Shown: positions 11,639 through 20,885, numbered from the stretch's first letter. The stretch is 64,000 nucleotides of DNA from an uncultured virus (IMG/VR IMGVR_UViG_3300032050_007618) (IMGVR_UViG_3300032050_007618); one strand, 5' to 3'. Notes: generated by a model not told the origin, from the letters alone. Made by a program: numbers and translations.

Positions 11639-13734
11639 AAATTTGTCATGTTACACCGGGATTGATTTCTATTCCTCCCAACGGATGGGGTGCAATTGAA
11701 AAGATTATTTGGGAATACAAACAATCGTTGGAACGATTGGGTCACATATGTGATATTAAATATTTGGATGATGTTCGTAAGGAAGATTATGACATTGTTC
11801 ATATACATGTTGCCAATCTCGCTTTGATTGCGTCAGAACGCAACATTCCTTATGTGTTTACGATGCACGATCATCATACTGAGGTGTATGGAAAAGATTC
11901 TGTATTGTATAAACAGAATCGTGACGCTATTGAGAAATCGGTTGTATCATTTGTACCCGCAAAACATTTGGTGTCATATTTTGATAGTAAACGTGTAAAG
12001 TATTTACGTCACGGTGTTAACAGTTCGTTTTTTACTTTTACGTCACGTGATATTCCAAATCGTCATAAACTATTGTGCGTTGGTCGTAATGGTTTGGCAG
12101 AAGACATGTCGTTTGATCGTAAAGGATTTATTTACGCAATTGAAGCTGCACGTAAACATGGACTTGAAATAACTGTCGCTGGTCCTAGTGCCAATAAGGA
12201 ATTCTTTGAAAAAAACAAAGATTTCAAACCGTATGATAAATTGACGTTTATGTACGATTTGAATGAAGAACAACTGTTAACAACTTATCAGAATCATACG
12301 ATTTTCCTACATCCTTCATCTGTAGAAGCTGGTCATCCAAATTTAACTTTGCTTGAAGCAATGTCGTGTGCTCTTCCCGTTGTATCTACATATGATGATA
12401 ATAGTTTACCGGGAATGGTCAAGATAGAACGTACAGTTGATTCTGTGTATAATGGAATTGCAACTGTGATGAATACGTGGGAAATTTTACGTAAAGAGGC
12501 ACTTGCGTATGCCCGAGACAATGATTGGAATCATATTGTGGATGATTTGGTTAGGGAATATAGAAAGATTGATGAATACCGTATGACAAATGAATTGAAT
12601 GAGATTTATGATTCAACTCAGAGTACTGATAAACAATTACAGGGTGCTAAGATAGAGATTAACTATACGGATGGTGCATATTTGTCTATTAATGGCGGTG
12701 ATGTAAATACTCGTTACAGTTTTGACTTTATTGATGATGAATTTGACGAAGTTTTGTACAGTGGTACAATTAAAACAAACGAGTGGGCAAAATGTTTAAT
12801 CAAACGTTATATTCCGTATCGTGTTAAGTTGAGTGTAGATTCAAAACTTTTGTTGAATCAAAAGTTGAATTTGAAAGGTAAAGAAGTTTTGATTTGTATG
12901 GATACTAAGTCACTTGGTGATTGTATTGCGTGGTTTCCATATATTGAAGAATTTAGAAAGAAACATGAATGTAATGTTACATGTGCTACGAATTGGGAGT
13001 CATTGTTTAAAGAAAACTATCCAGACATTAAGTTTTGTGGATTACAGTGGAGTGGAAATTTTTATGCTATTTACATGATCGGTTGTTATCCCGATACACA
13101 TCGTTCTTTGTTTAACTATAAAGATGTTTCGTTGCAAAGACTATCATCGTCTATATTGGGAGTCAATCATAAAGAGATTAGACCTAATGTTGTCATTAAG
13201 AATACCGCTCGAAAAATTGAACAAAAGTATGTTTGTTTTGCGACACAATCAACTGCTCAGGCCAAGTATTGGAACAATCCAACTGGTTGGCAAGAGACGT
13301 GTGATTATTTGAACAGTATTGGTTTGAAACCGGTTTTGATTCAATCAGAAAAAGAAGACAGATTTACAAATATCCTCAATCTTTCTGGTCCCAAAGACAT
13401 ACATGAAACTATAAATCTTTTGTATAATTGTGAGTTTTTCATCGGCATTGGATCTGGTTTGTCGTGGTTATCGTGGGCAGTTAAAAAGCCTACGGTATTG
13501 GTGAGTGGTTTTAGTTTACCTCGTAGTGAATTTTTCACTCCGTATCGGGTTATTAATACCAACGTATGTAATGGTTGTTGGAATGAATATGATTTTGACC
13601 GTGGGGATTGGAATTGGTGTCCTCGTCAAAAAGGAACTCCACGTCAATTTGAGTGTTCCCGAGAAATTAGTTCTAAGATGGTCATTGATACCATCAACAA
13701 ACTTGTTATAGATGAAGGTATACGTACATCTTGA
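11635..13734 (+). CDS. GT4 glycosyltransferase fused to an Aah/TibC-type autotransporter O-heptosyltransferase
   Basis: N-terminal IPPNGWGAIE...EAGHPNLTLLEAM (GT4). C-terminal SLGDCIAWFPY, GIGSGLSWLSW, EFFTPYRV and C-x2-C-x13-C-x11-C resemble TibC/Aah. Confidence 0.85.
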   Translation: MKICHVTPGLISIPPNGWGAIEKIIWEYKQSLERLGHICDIKYLDDVRKEDYDIVHIHVANLALIASERNIPYVFTMHDHHTEVYGKDSVLYKQNRDAIEKSVVSFVPAKHLVSYFDSKRVKYLRHGVNSSFFTFTSRDIPNRHKLLCVGRNGLAEDMSFDRKGFIYAIEAARKHGLEITVAGPSANKEFFEKNKDFKPYDKLTFMYDLNEEQLLTTYQNHTIFLHPSSVEAGHPNLTLLEAMSCALPVVSTYDDNSLPGMVKIERTVDSVYNGIATVMNTWEILRKEALAYARDNDWNHIVDDLVREYRKIDEYRMTNELNEIYDSTQSTDKQLQGAKIEINYTDGAYLSINGGDVNTRYSFDFIDDEFDEVLYSGTIKTNEWAKCLIKRYIPYRVKLSVDSKLLLNQKLNLKGKEVLICMDTKSLGDCIAWFPYIEEFRKKHECNVTCATNWESLFKENYPDIKFCGLQWSGNFYAIYMIGCYPDTHRSLFNYKDVSLQRLSSSILGVNHKEIRPNVVIKNTARKIEQKYVCFATQSTAQAKYWNNPTGWQETCDYLNSIGLKPVLIQSEKEDRFTNILNLSGPKDIHETINLLYNCEFFIGIGSGLSWLSWAVKKPTVLVSGFSLPRSEFFTPYRVINTNVCNGCWNEYDFDRGDWNWCPRQKGTPRQFECSREISSKMVIDTINKLVIDEGIRTS

Positions 13735-14524
13735 AAGCAATCAATTGGGTGACTGCATTGCGTGGTTACCCTATATTGATATTGCCAGAGAAAAATATGG
13801 ATGGGACGTATATACAAACTTTTATTATAAAAATTTGTTTGCGGACTCGTATCCTTACCTGAAATTTGAGGTACCGTCTTCATATGATAAGAAAGTGGTG
13901 ATTGACGTTGTTGATAGAGAAAAACCTCTACAATGGTCATCTGCGCACGCTTTAGGGGTTGATTATAGTGAACAACGTCCACGATTTAATCTATCAAAAC
14001 TCAAAAAGACTCCGGGTAAGACAATTACTTTTTCTGAATATGGAAGTAACTATTGTAAGTCGTGGAACAATCCTATGGGATGGTTTAAAACGATACAACA
14101 CATTAAAACTATAGGATATGATCCAATTGCGGTATCAAAAGAACCGACTTTGTTATTAAACGTAGCTGATTGTACCGGTTTGGATCTATTGGAGGTCTGT
14201 AACTTGATTTATAGTTCTTCTGTATATATTGGTGTAAGTTCAGGATTGGCGTGGTTGGCATGGTGTTTGGGTATACCTGTAATCATGATAAGTGGACATA
14301 CCAAGCGTTATTTTGAATTTAACAGTAATATTGTTAGATTGGGTCCATCAGAACCAATCTGTTTTGGGTGTTATAACGATAACAATTTAGAAATTAACTG
14401 GGAAGACGTATGGTGTCCACACTATAAAGGAACCTACAGACAACATGAGTGTACATATACTATTAGTCATACCGATGTAGTTAACGCTATAAATTATGTG
14501 CTAAAAAATAGTCTTAAAATATAA
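13712..14524 (+). CDS. Second Aah/TibC-like (GT9-type) heptosyltransferase, single domain
   Basis: QLGDCIAWLPY, GVSSGLAWLAW and C-x2-C-x14-C-x11-C. Confidence 0.8.
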   Translation: MKVYVHLESNQLGDCIAWLPYIDIAREKYGWDVYTNFYYKNLFADSYPYLKFEVPSSYDKKVVIDVVDREKPLQWSSAHALGVDYSEQRPRFNLSKLKKTPGKTITFSEYGSNYCKSWNNPMGWFKTIQHIKTIGYDPIAVSKEPTLLLNVADCTGLDLLEVCNLIYSSSVYIGVSSGLAWLAWCLGIPVIMISGHTKRYFEFNSNIVRLGPSEPICFGCYNDNNLEINWEDVWCPHYKGTYRQHECTYTISHTDVVNAINYVLKNSLKI

Positions 14525-14551
14525 ATATCTAGTCTTTCAAATTTTTAGAAA

Positions 14552-14591
14552 TATTTATATTTAGAGTTTTTTGTATGCGTCTCATACAAAA
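14552..14591 (+). promoter_or_regulatory. TATTTATA promoter followed by a 5'-UTR hairpin (TTTTGTATG-cgtct-CATACAAAA) before the sheath gene
   Basis: Motif at 14552-14559; 9-bp inverted repeat at 14569-14591; GAAAGGA SD-like sequence just upstream of the ATG. Confidence 0.55.
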
Positions 14592-14618
14592 CTAACCAAT
14601 CGAAAGGAAATTTAGCAT

Positions 14619-17600
14619 ATGCCAATTACAGAAGGGGGAACATTTACCCCACATGATAAAATTGTAAGTCCAGGCGTTTTCAGTCGTGAAAACGATCTAT
14701 CAGGACTTGCTCAGGGCGTGGCTGATATCGGTGGGGCCATTGTCGCTCCCTTTCCAAAGGGACCGGGATTTGCTCCAACGATTGTCACCAGCGTGTCTGA
14801 GTTAGAAGAAAAATTCGGTGTAGCGGACGGAGTATATTACGGTCCATACACTGCCAAACAGTATCTACAGGAACAGGGTCTTGTGACCATTTGTCGTGTA
14901 GGTGCGTTGACCGGATATAAGCAAGATAATCCATTTGTTATCTACGCAATTCCGGGTTATTATAATCGTGCAAACGAAAGTGGTTCATTTACTGCTTTGG
15001 GAACAGCCGATTCATCATATATCGCTCTGGATCCAGACGATATTACAGTTAACGTACAATACGTTAGTTCAAGTGGCGGTACTGAGACATTGACTATTAC
15101 CGGCAGTTTGTACGCAAACTTCGAAACCAGTTCATTCTCAACCTACAACCCACCAGGCACAACTGGTAACAAGACTTACACCACTCGTTATATCGGTGAT
15201 GTAAATCTCACATTTGACGCTGCGTCATTTGAAATCAGTTCAAGTTATCAAGGTGACTTGACAATTAGTTCTGAAGCTAAGTTGTTACGTGCTCTTGCTG
15301 AACAAACTGGACGTTTGTCTGGTAGTTTGGCAACCACAAGCAGTTTGGTTAAGTTGAGTGACGACTTCCCAGTTTCAGGTACTGCGTCTGAAGTTATTAT
15401 CAATGGCATCAATTTTGCCAAGTACCGTCCAACCAATAGTTGCGGTGTTCAAATTCAATTGACTTGTAACATTACTGGTAGTTTTGGTAAGTTTACTACA
15501 TTCACCGAGACCGTTGTTTCTGGTGGAGATCCATGTAATCCAGGCGCAGCCCGTGAAGCAGTAGTGCTTGCAGTATTGGGAAATACCCAAAACGCAACTA
15601 TTCAATCGGATGCATCTAACAAGTTGGCACAAGTTGTATATGGTTTCGAAGGTTCAGTGTTGAGCAAGAAGGTTGCAACATCAGGATTGTACAGTGGTAG
15701 CGCTGATCCAACCGCACAAGACTTTGTTCTTGACTTGCGTTATAACATCGGTGGTTCAAGTGGAAGTTATGGAACCTATGAATTCTCATTGGATCCAGCA
15801 AGTTCTAACTATATTACCAATGTATTTGGAACAGATCCAACTGCAGGTGATCCAGCAAAACAAGTTGCTGGTCAAAAGATTGAAGCTGCATATCTCTACA
15901 AGATCTTCAAGGATACCATCGCTCGTATTTCTGAAGAGTCAACCGATCCTTCCGATGGTTGGAAGATTGTAGGAAGTGAAGCTCCTTATACACCAACTGG
16001 TGGTGAAAATAAGGTTCAATTCACTGGTAATCCATTGAAGCTTACTGACGACTTTGGTTACTCACCAACAACTGGTGACAGTGACTTCAGTTTGAAGTGG
16101 GCAACCACTCCATGGGTTAACTCACAACAAGTTGCACCATTCACTGGCACAGCTGATGTGACTGCTCGTCCACAACGTTTCCCACTCTTCCGTCTACACA
16201 CACTTGCTGACGGAACCAATACAAACACTTCCTACAAGGTTGAAATCAGTGACGTAAAACTCGCTGGTACTGTTGCTGGTAGTGACTATGGTTCATTCAC
16301 ATTGAGTGTACGTAAGTTCAGTGACACTGATAAGAATCCTAAGTACTTGGAACGTTTCCAAAACTTGAATCTTGATCCAGATAGCAGTAACTTTATCGCT
16401 CGCCGTATTGGTGATCGTTACAACTATATTGCTTACTCTGGTAAGATTATTGAGTTTGGTACTTATGCTAACTTGAGTAAGTATATTCGTGTTGAGATGA
16501 CCGAGAATGTGTATCCAGAAGCAGCAATTCCTTATGGATTTGATGCTCTTGCTACACCACTCGGAGGTAACGTTGGTGGATTCTTGCCACCAGTACAGTT
16601 TACCCGCGCTTCAACATATTCATCTGCTCCGGGTAAGTATCCATCAGGTATCGTGTTTGGTGAGCCACCAGTTGGTGCATCAGACGATTTGTTGGCCTTG
16701 TATCCTACATCATCAGTTGGTGTATATAGCGTACATAACGACAATCTTCAATACTTCGCTCCATTGCCTGCTTACGAAGGTTTCACTTCAATCGGCAATA
16801 ACGTTGTATTCGATCTTGAAACTGGTGATACATACAATCCAACTGGTTCTAAACAACCAGACGTTCAAAACGATAGCGGTGGTGTTCCATCAACTTATGA
16901 CGCTGCATACGAATCAACACGTGTGAAGATGCGTAAGTTCGTCTTTGGTTTCCAAGGCGGATTTGATGGTCAATCACCAGCAATTCCAATTAATGTTGGA
17001 TCTGATATCATCCCAGGCAATACACAAGGTTTGAATTGTACCAACATTACAAGCCCAGGCAGTGTTGCTTACAGACAGTGTGTCGGTGCATTGGGTAACG
17101 CTGATGAGTTCGATATTAACTTGATCGCTACTCCGGGTATCTTCTACCAACACCACAGTTATGTGGCTCAGTTGGTAATCGATATGTGTGAAGCACGTGG
17201 TGATTGTTTCTACATCATGGATAACGTGGTGTTTCCTAAGAGCAATCAAAGCACTGGATTGATTGATGCCGCAATTAACGTTGCTGCCACAATCGATAGC
17301 AGTTACGCTGCTACTTACTATCCATGGGTCAAGATTCTTGACACCAACTTGAACAAGATTATTAGTGTACCTCCATCTGTTGTTCTACCTGCTATCTACG
17401 CAGCAAACGATAAGGCATCTGCTGAATGGTTTGCTCCAGCCGGTTTGAACCGTGGTGGTATCACTCAAGCTGTTCAAGTGTTGGATCGTTTGACACACGG
17501 TGAACGTGATACACTCTATGAAGGTCGTGTTAACCCAATCGCAGCATTCCCCGGTCAGGGTATCTGTGTATGGGGTCAAAAGACTCTTCAAATCGCACCA

Positions 17601-17927
17601 AGCGCATTGGATCGTATCAACGTTCGTCGTTTGATGATCAACTTGAAGAAGTTCATTGCTTCAAGTTCACGTTTCTTGGTATTCGAACAGAACGTGGCAA
17701 ATACACGTAATCGTTTCTTGAGTATCGTTAATCCATATTTGGAACAAGTACAATCACGTAGTGGTTTGTACGCCTTCCAAGTTAAGATGGACGAAACCAA
17801 CAACACACCTGATTTGATCGATAGAAACATCCTCTACGGACAAATCTTCCTACAACCAACCAAGACTGCTGAATTCATCGTTCTTGACTTCAACATCTTG
17901 CCAACTGGTGCAAGTTTCGGTGCTTAA
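14619..17927 (+). CDS. Contractile tail sheath protein (T4 gp18-like)
   Basis: N-terminal SPGVFSRENDLS and C-terminal YYPWV..WFAPAGLNRG..VNPI..WGQKTL..DRINVRRL..LQPTKTAEFIVLDF. Confidence 0.95.
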   Translation: MPITEGGTFTPHDKIVSPGVFSRENDLSGLAQGVADIGGAIVAPFPKGPGFAPTIVTSVSELEEKFGVADGVYYGPYTAKQYLQEQGLVTICRVGALTGYKQDNPFVIYAIPGYYNRANESGSFTALGTADSSYIALDPDDITVNVQYVSSSGGTETLTITGSLYANFETSSFSTYNPPGTTGNKTYTTRYIGDVNLTFDAASFEISSSYQGDLTISSEAKLLRALAEQTGRLSGSLATTSSLVKLSDDFPVSGTASEVIINGINFAKYRPTNSCGVQIQLTCNITGSFGKFTTFTETVVSGGDPCNPGAAREAVVLAVLGNTQNATIQSDASNKLAQVVYGFEGSVLSKKVATSGLYSGSADPTAQDFVLDLRYNIGGSSGSYGTYEFSLDPASSNYITNVFGTDPTAGDPAKQVAGQKIEAAYLYKIFKDTIARISEESTDPSDGWKIVGSEAPYTPTGGENKVQFTGNPLKLTDDFGYSPTTGDSDFSLKWATTPWVNSQQVAPFTGTADVTARPQRFPLFRLHTLADGTNTNTSYKVEISDVKLAGTVAGSDYGSFTLSVRKFSDTDKNPKYLERFQNLNLDPDSSNFIARRIGDRYNYIAYSGKIIEFGTYANLSKYIRVEMTENVYPEAAIPYGFDALATPLGGNVGGFLPPVQFTRASTYSSAPGKYPSGIVFGEPPVGASDDLLALYPTSSVGVYSVHNDNLQYFAPLPAYEGFTSIGNNVVFDLETGDTYNPTGSKQPDVQNDSGGVPSTYDAAYESTRVKMRKFVFGFQGGFDGQSPAIPINVGSDIIPGNTQGLNCTNITSPGSVAYRQCVGALGNADEFDINLIATPGIFYQHHSYVAQLVIDMCEARGDCFYIMDNVVFPKSNQSTGLIDAAINVAATIDSSYAATYYPWVKILDTNLNKIISVPPSVVLPAIYAANDKASAEWFAPAGLNRGGITQAVQVLDRLTHGERDTLYEGRVNPIAAFPGQGICVWGQKTLQIAPSALDRINVRRLMINLKKFIASSSRFLVFEQNVANTRNRFLSIVNPYLEQVQSRSGLYAFQVKMDETNNTPDLIDRNILYGQIFLQPTKTAEFIVLDFNILPTGASFGA

Positions 17928-17945
17928 TTGAACTGAAAATAATTC

Positions 17946-17976
17946 AAAACCCCGCCCTAAAAAGCGGGGTTTTTTT
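17946..17976 (+). terminator. Intrinsic terminator after the sheath gene
   Basis: AAAACCCCGC-loop-GCGGGGTTTT followed by a T run. Confidence 0.9.
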
Positions 17977-17989
17977 AACACAAAAAATA

Positions 17990-18160
17990 ATGAACAAAAC
18001 TCAAATACTAGGAATAATAAGACACGTTCTAACTTTCGGTGCAGGCTTTTTAGTAGCCAGCGGAAAGTTAGACCTCAACGGAGCTGAAACAATTATAGGC
18101 GCAGCACTCGCTCTTATCGGCAGTGTGTGGTCAGTTATCGCTCCTGAAAAACAGAGTTAA
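17990..18160 (+). CDS. Small two-TM holin-like protein (not in the ORF track)
   Basis: 56 aa, MNKTQILGIIRHVLTFGAGFLVASGKLDLNGAETIIGAALALIGSVWSVIAPEKQS, with two hydrophobic helices and an IIRH.LT..G pattern seen in small putative phage holins. Confidence 0.7.
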   Translation: MNKTQILGIIRHVLTFGAGFLVASGKLDLNGAETIIGAALALIGSVWSVIAPEKQS

Positions 18161-18174
18161 AATAAACATTGTAC

Positions 18175-18201
18175 AAACCCCGCTTTTGAGCGGGGTTTTT
18201 T
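18175..18201 (+). terminator. Intrinsic terminator
   Basis: AAACCCCGC-ttttga-GCGGGGTTTTTT. Confidence 0.9.
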
Positions 18202-18234
18202 ATTGCGTTAACACTTGTTTTCATATTTATATAA

Positions 18235-18429
18235 GTGAAAGAAAACGAAGATAATTTTGAGGTTTATGACGACAATAATTTGAGTCATGTTATAGCTGGA
18301 CCAGATTATGGTCAGCTTGGCAATACAGAGTTAAAATGGACGCTTAAAGCGCCTAAACCTCAAAATAATAACTTAACTATTAATGCCATAAACTCTAAAA
18401 ATATATTGATTAACGTTTTGAAAGTTTAA
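18235..18429 (+). CDS. Hypothetical protein
   Basis: 64 aa with a GTG start 3 nt after a TATTTATA motif. Confidence 0.4.
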   Translation: MKENEDNFEVYDDNNLSHVIAGPDYGQLGNTELKWTLKAPKPQNNNLTINAINSKNILINVLKV

Positions 18430-18514
18430 TGACTCGCTTATTGCGCTGCAATGCTTAGGGGTAAGATTGTACTTTGTCAAGATATTATGATATTTCAGTG
18501 ATATTTATATTCGA

Positions 18515-19141
18515 ATGATACAGTTAAAAAGCGCATTACCTGAAGTATTTGATCATAATCTTCTAGAAACCGAAGATGAAAATGCTACGGTTATTTACTG
18601 CGATATGGATGGTGTTCTTGTGGATTTCGACGAGGGATTTAAGAAAATCTCAGGTGGTAAATCTCCTAATGAATTTGATAACGAAGGACGAACTAGTGAA
18701 ATGTGGTCGTTGATACAAAACAATCCACCCGATAAAGGTATAACGTGGTGGTCAACATTGCCTAAACTGCAGGACGGTGATGTTCTTTGGAAATTTATAA
18801 CATCATTGAAGTTGCCAGTCAAGATTTTAAGCAGCACTTCTTCCAGAAGATCCAAGAGCAATAGTGCTGATATTGGAAAACGTAAGTGGTTAGCTACGCA
18901 ATTAGTACCTCCTCCACAAGATCAAGACATAATCTTGGTAGATAGTTCAGAAGCTAAACAACAATACGCGTTGGGCTCAAATCACATACTGATTGACGAT
19001 CTACCTTCTAATATTGCTCAATGGAGATCAAAAGGAGGAACTGCAATTGAACATAAAAACGCAAGTGATACCATATCACAACTCAAAAAGATTTTGGGAA
19101 TGACGCAAGAAAGTTACGGATACAGTTGGTCTAACATATAA
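18515..19141 (+). CDS. HAD-superfamily 5'(3')-deoxyribonucleotidase (NT5C-like)
   Basis: IYCDMDGVLVDF (motif I), ILSS, K..W, and ILIDD...NI..W...GG (motif IV). Confidence 0.85.
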   Translation: MIQLKSALPEVFDHNLLETEDENATVIYCDMDGVLVDFDEGFKKISGGKSPNEFDNEGRTSEMWSLIQNNPPDKGITWWSTLPKLQDGDVLWKFITSLKLPVKILSSTSSRRSKSNSADIGKRKWLATQLVPPPQDQDIILVDSSEAKQQYALGSNHILIDDLPSNIAQWRSKGGTAIEHKNASDTISQLKKILGMTQESYGYSWSNI

Positions 19142-19142
19142 T

Positions 19143-19832
19143 ATGAAAGCAAGAATTTATAACGATACATTAAATCCGAATATCTGGAATCCTGATAATA
19201 CAATAAAGCCAGAAGTTCGTGATGCATTGTTGAAAGTAGCGCAAGACTTTTACGCCGAATCCGAGTTAACCGCACCAATACAAGACATTTATATGTTAGG
19301 TAGTGCTGCTAATTATAACTGGGGTCCAAGTAGCGATATTGACGTTCACGTATTGATTGATTTTAACAAGTTGTCTATGGAACGTGATCTTGTAAAAAAG
19401 ATGGTGGATAGTATCAAAGCTAACTGGAATAAAAATCACAATATTCAAGTAAAGGCACATCGTGTAGAACTGTACATACAGGATATAACAGAGGCAAATA
19501 GAGCGATGGGTATTTATAGCATTTTGAATAACCGATGGGTTAAATTTCCACAAAAACTAACGTTGAATCTGGATAAAAATGTTATTCAAAAGAAGTATAC
19601 CGACATGGTTCTTCAAATTAAAAACGCTATCAAATCCAACAATCTTGAAGATTTAAAACGTGTATTGAAATCAGTGTATGATATGCGTGAATCTGGATTA
19701 AGCAAGGGTGGAGAATTCAGTTCAGAGAATATTGTATTTAAATTGCTTAGAACTCGTAATCATTTGGATAACCTAAAAAACGCTGTAAACAAAGTATATG
19801 ATGCAAAACTTTCTTTGAAAGAAACCAAATAA
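19143..19832 (+). CDS. Pol-beta-superfamily nucleotidyltransferase
   Basis: LGSAANYNW..SDIDVHV (GS..DxD), third acidic residue in VELYIQD, and a helical C-terminal domain (R..GL..GGEFS.EN..FK.LR). Confidence 0.75.
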   Translation: MKARIYNDTLNPNIWNPDNTIKPEVRDALLKVAQDFYAESELTAPIQDIYMLGSAANYNWGPSSDIDVHVLIDFNKLSMERDLVKKMVDSIKANWNKNHNIQVKAHRVELYIQDITEANRAMGIYSILNNRWVKFPQKLTLNLDKNVIQKKYTDMVLQIKNAIKSNNLEDLKRVLKSVYDMRESGLSKGGEFSSENIVFKLLRTRNHLDNLKNAVNKVYDAKLSLKETK

Positions 19833-19904
19833 CGTATTTTTCTAAAATTTTTGAATAATAACAGTTTATCACTCATATTTATTATCAACTAACCAATATA
19901 ACAT

Positions 19905-20396
19905 ATGGCAGACCTACTAAATCCAAATGAGATGTTCTACACGGTGTTTGAGCCAAAAGTTCAAAATCGTTTCATTTTCAGCATCGATGGCATTCCAGCA
20001 TTCACGATCAAAAAGACAGATCGTCCAAAGCTAGCACAAGAAAAGAAGACCATTGATTATATCAACGTACAACGTTACTACAAAGGTAAGAGCGTTTGGA
20101 ACGATATTTCATTGGAACTTTATGACCCAATTGCTCCATCTGGTGCACAAGCTGTCATGGAATGGGTTCGTCTACACCACGAATCTGTTACCGGTCGTGA
20201 TGGTTATCTTGACTTCTACAAGAAAGATTGTATCATTTCAGTACTTGGACCAGTAGGCGATAAGGTTGAAGAGTGGCAATTGAGAGGCGCTCAAATCGTA
20301 AGCGCAGAGTTCGGTAGTCTCGATTGGTCAAGCGGTGGTGATTCGTTGAATATCACAATGAATCTTGCTTACGACTACGCAATTCTACAATTCTAA
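19905..20396 (+). CDS. Tail tube protein (T4 gp19-like)
   Basis: FEPKVQNRF, RP, GK..W..I...LYDPI, YKKD, VEEW.L.GA..and LDW..L.YDYA. Confidence 0.9.
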   Translation: MADLLNPNEMFYTVFEPKVQNRFIFSIDGIPAFTIKKTDRPKLAQEKKTIDYINVQRYYKGKSVWNDISLELYDPIAPSGAQAVMEWVRLHHESVTGRDGYLDFYKKDCIISVLGPVGDKVEEWQLRGAQIVSAEFGSLDWSSGGDSLNITMNLAYDYAILQF

Positions 20397-20417
20397 TATA
20401 AAACATCGATTGGATTT

Positions 20418-20451
20418 AAACCTCTCAACTCAAACAGTTGGGAGGTTTTTT
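20418..20451 (+). terminator. Intrinsic terminator after the tail tube gene
   Basis: AAACCTCTCAACT-caaac-AGTTGGGAGGTTT followed by a T run. Confidence 0.85.
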
Positions 20452-20474
20452 ATGCGGTATACTATTTATACGAT

Positions 20475-20828
20475 ATGAAGATTACCAGAGCTGAATTAAA
20501 GTCAATCATTAACGAAGTATTGTCGGAAGTGGTTGATAGTGATAAATTCACAAAGGCTTTAGAAACATTGAACAAAAAAGCAAAGGCACAAAATGTTGCT
20601 CTTCAACAAACACGTGTTGCTATTGCCAAAGTAAAAGAACAACAGGCGCAAAGTCGTACACAACAAGCGTCAGATGCGGTAGACGCAGCAGAAGCTAGAG
20701 GCAATGATAGTGGCAATGAACAAGATACGTTGAACAATGCAAGGAAATCGGAAGAAAATGCTGAAGATGGTGTGACTGCTGCTGAGAACAATTTGAAAGC
20801 TGCTCAAAAAGGTGGAACGAGTTCTTAA
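20475..20828 (+). CDS. Hypothetical late protein, possibly head-internal
   Basis: TATTTATA at 20463; N-terminus MKITRAELKSIINEVLSE; Ala/Gln/Glu-rich helix. Confidence 0.6.
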   Translation: MKITRAELKSIINEVLSEVVDSDKFTKALETLNKKAKAQNVALQQTRVAIAKVKEQQAQSRTQQASDAVDAAEARGNDSGNEQDTLNNARKSEENAEDGVTAAENNLKAAQKGGTSS

Positions 20829-20885
20829 TTAAAATAACCCAAAAATTTAAAGACGGTATATATATTGTTATAACAAAAAGTTATT

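Noticed and set aside
18430..18500. Possible tRNA or ncRNA in the intergenic gap
   Set aside because: No cloverleaf, T-loop consensus or convincing stem was found by eye.
19143..19832. Nucleotidyltransferase as a CBASS cyclase
   Set aside because: It is short, has no adjacent effector or Cap genes, and only the generic GS..DxD motif supports it; kept as an unassigned NTase.
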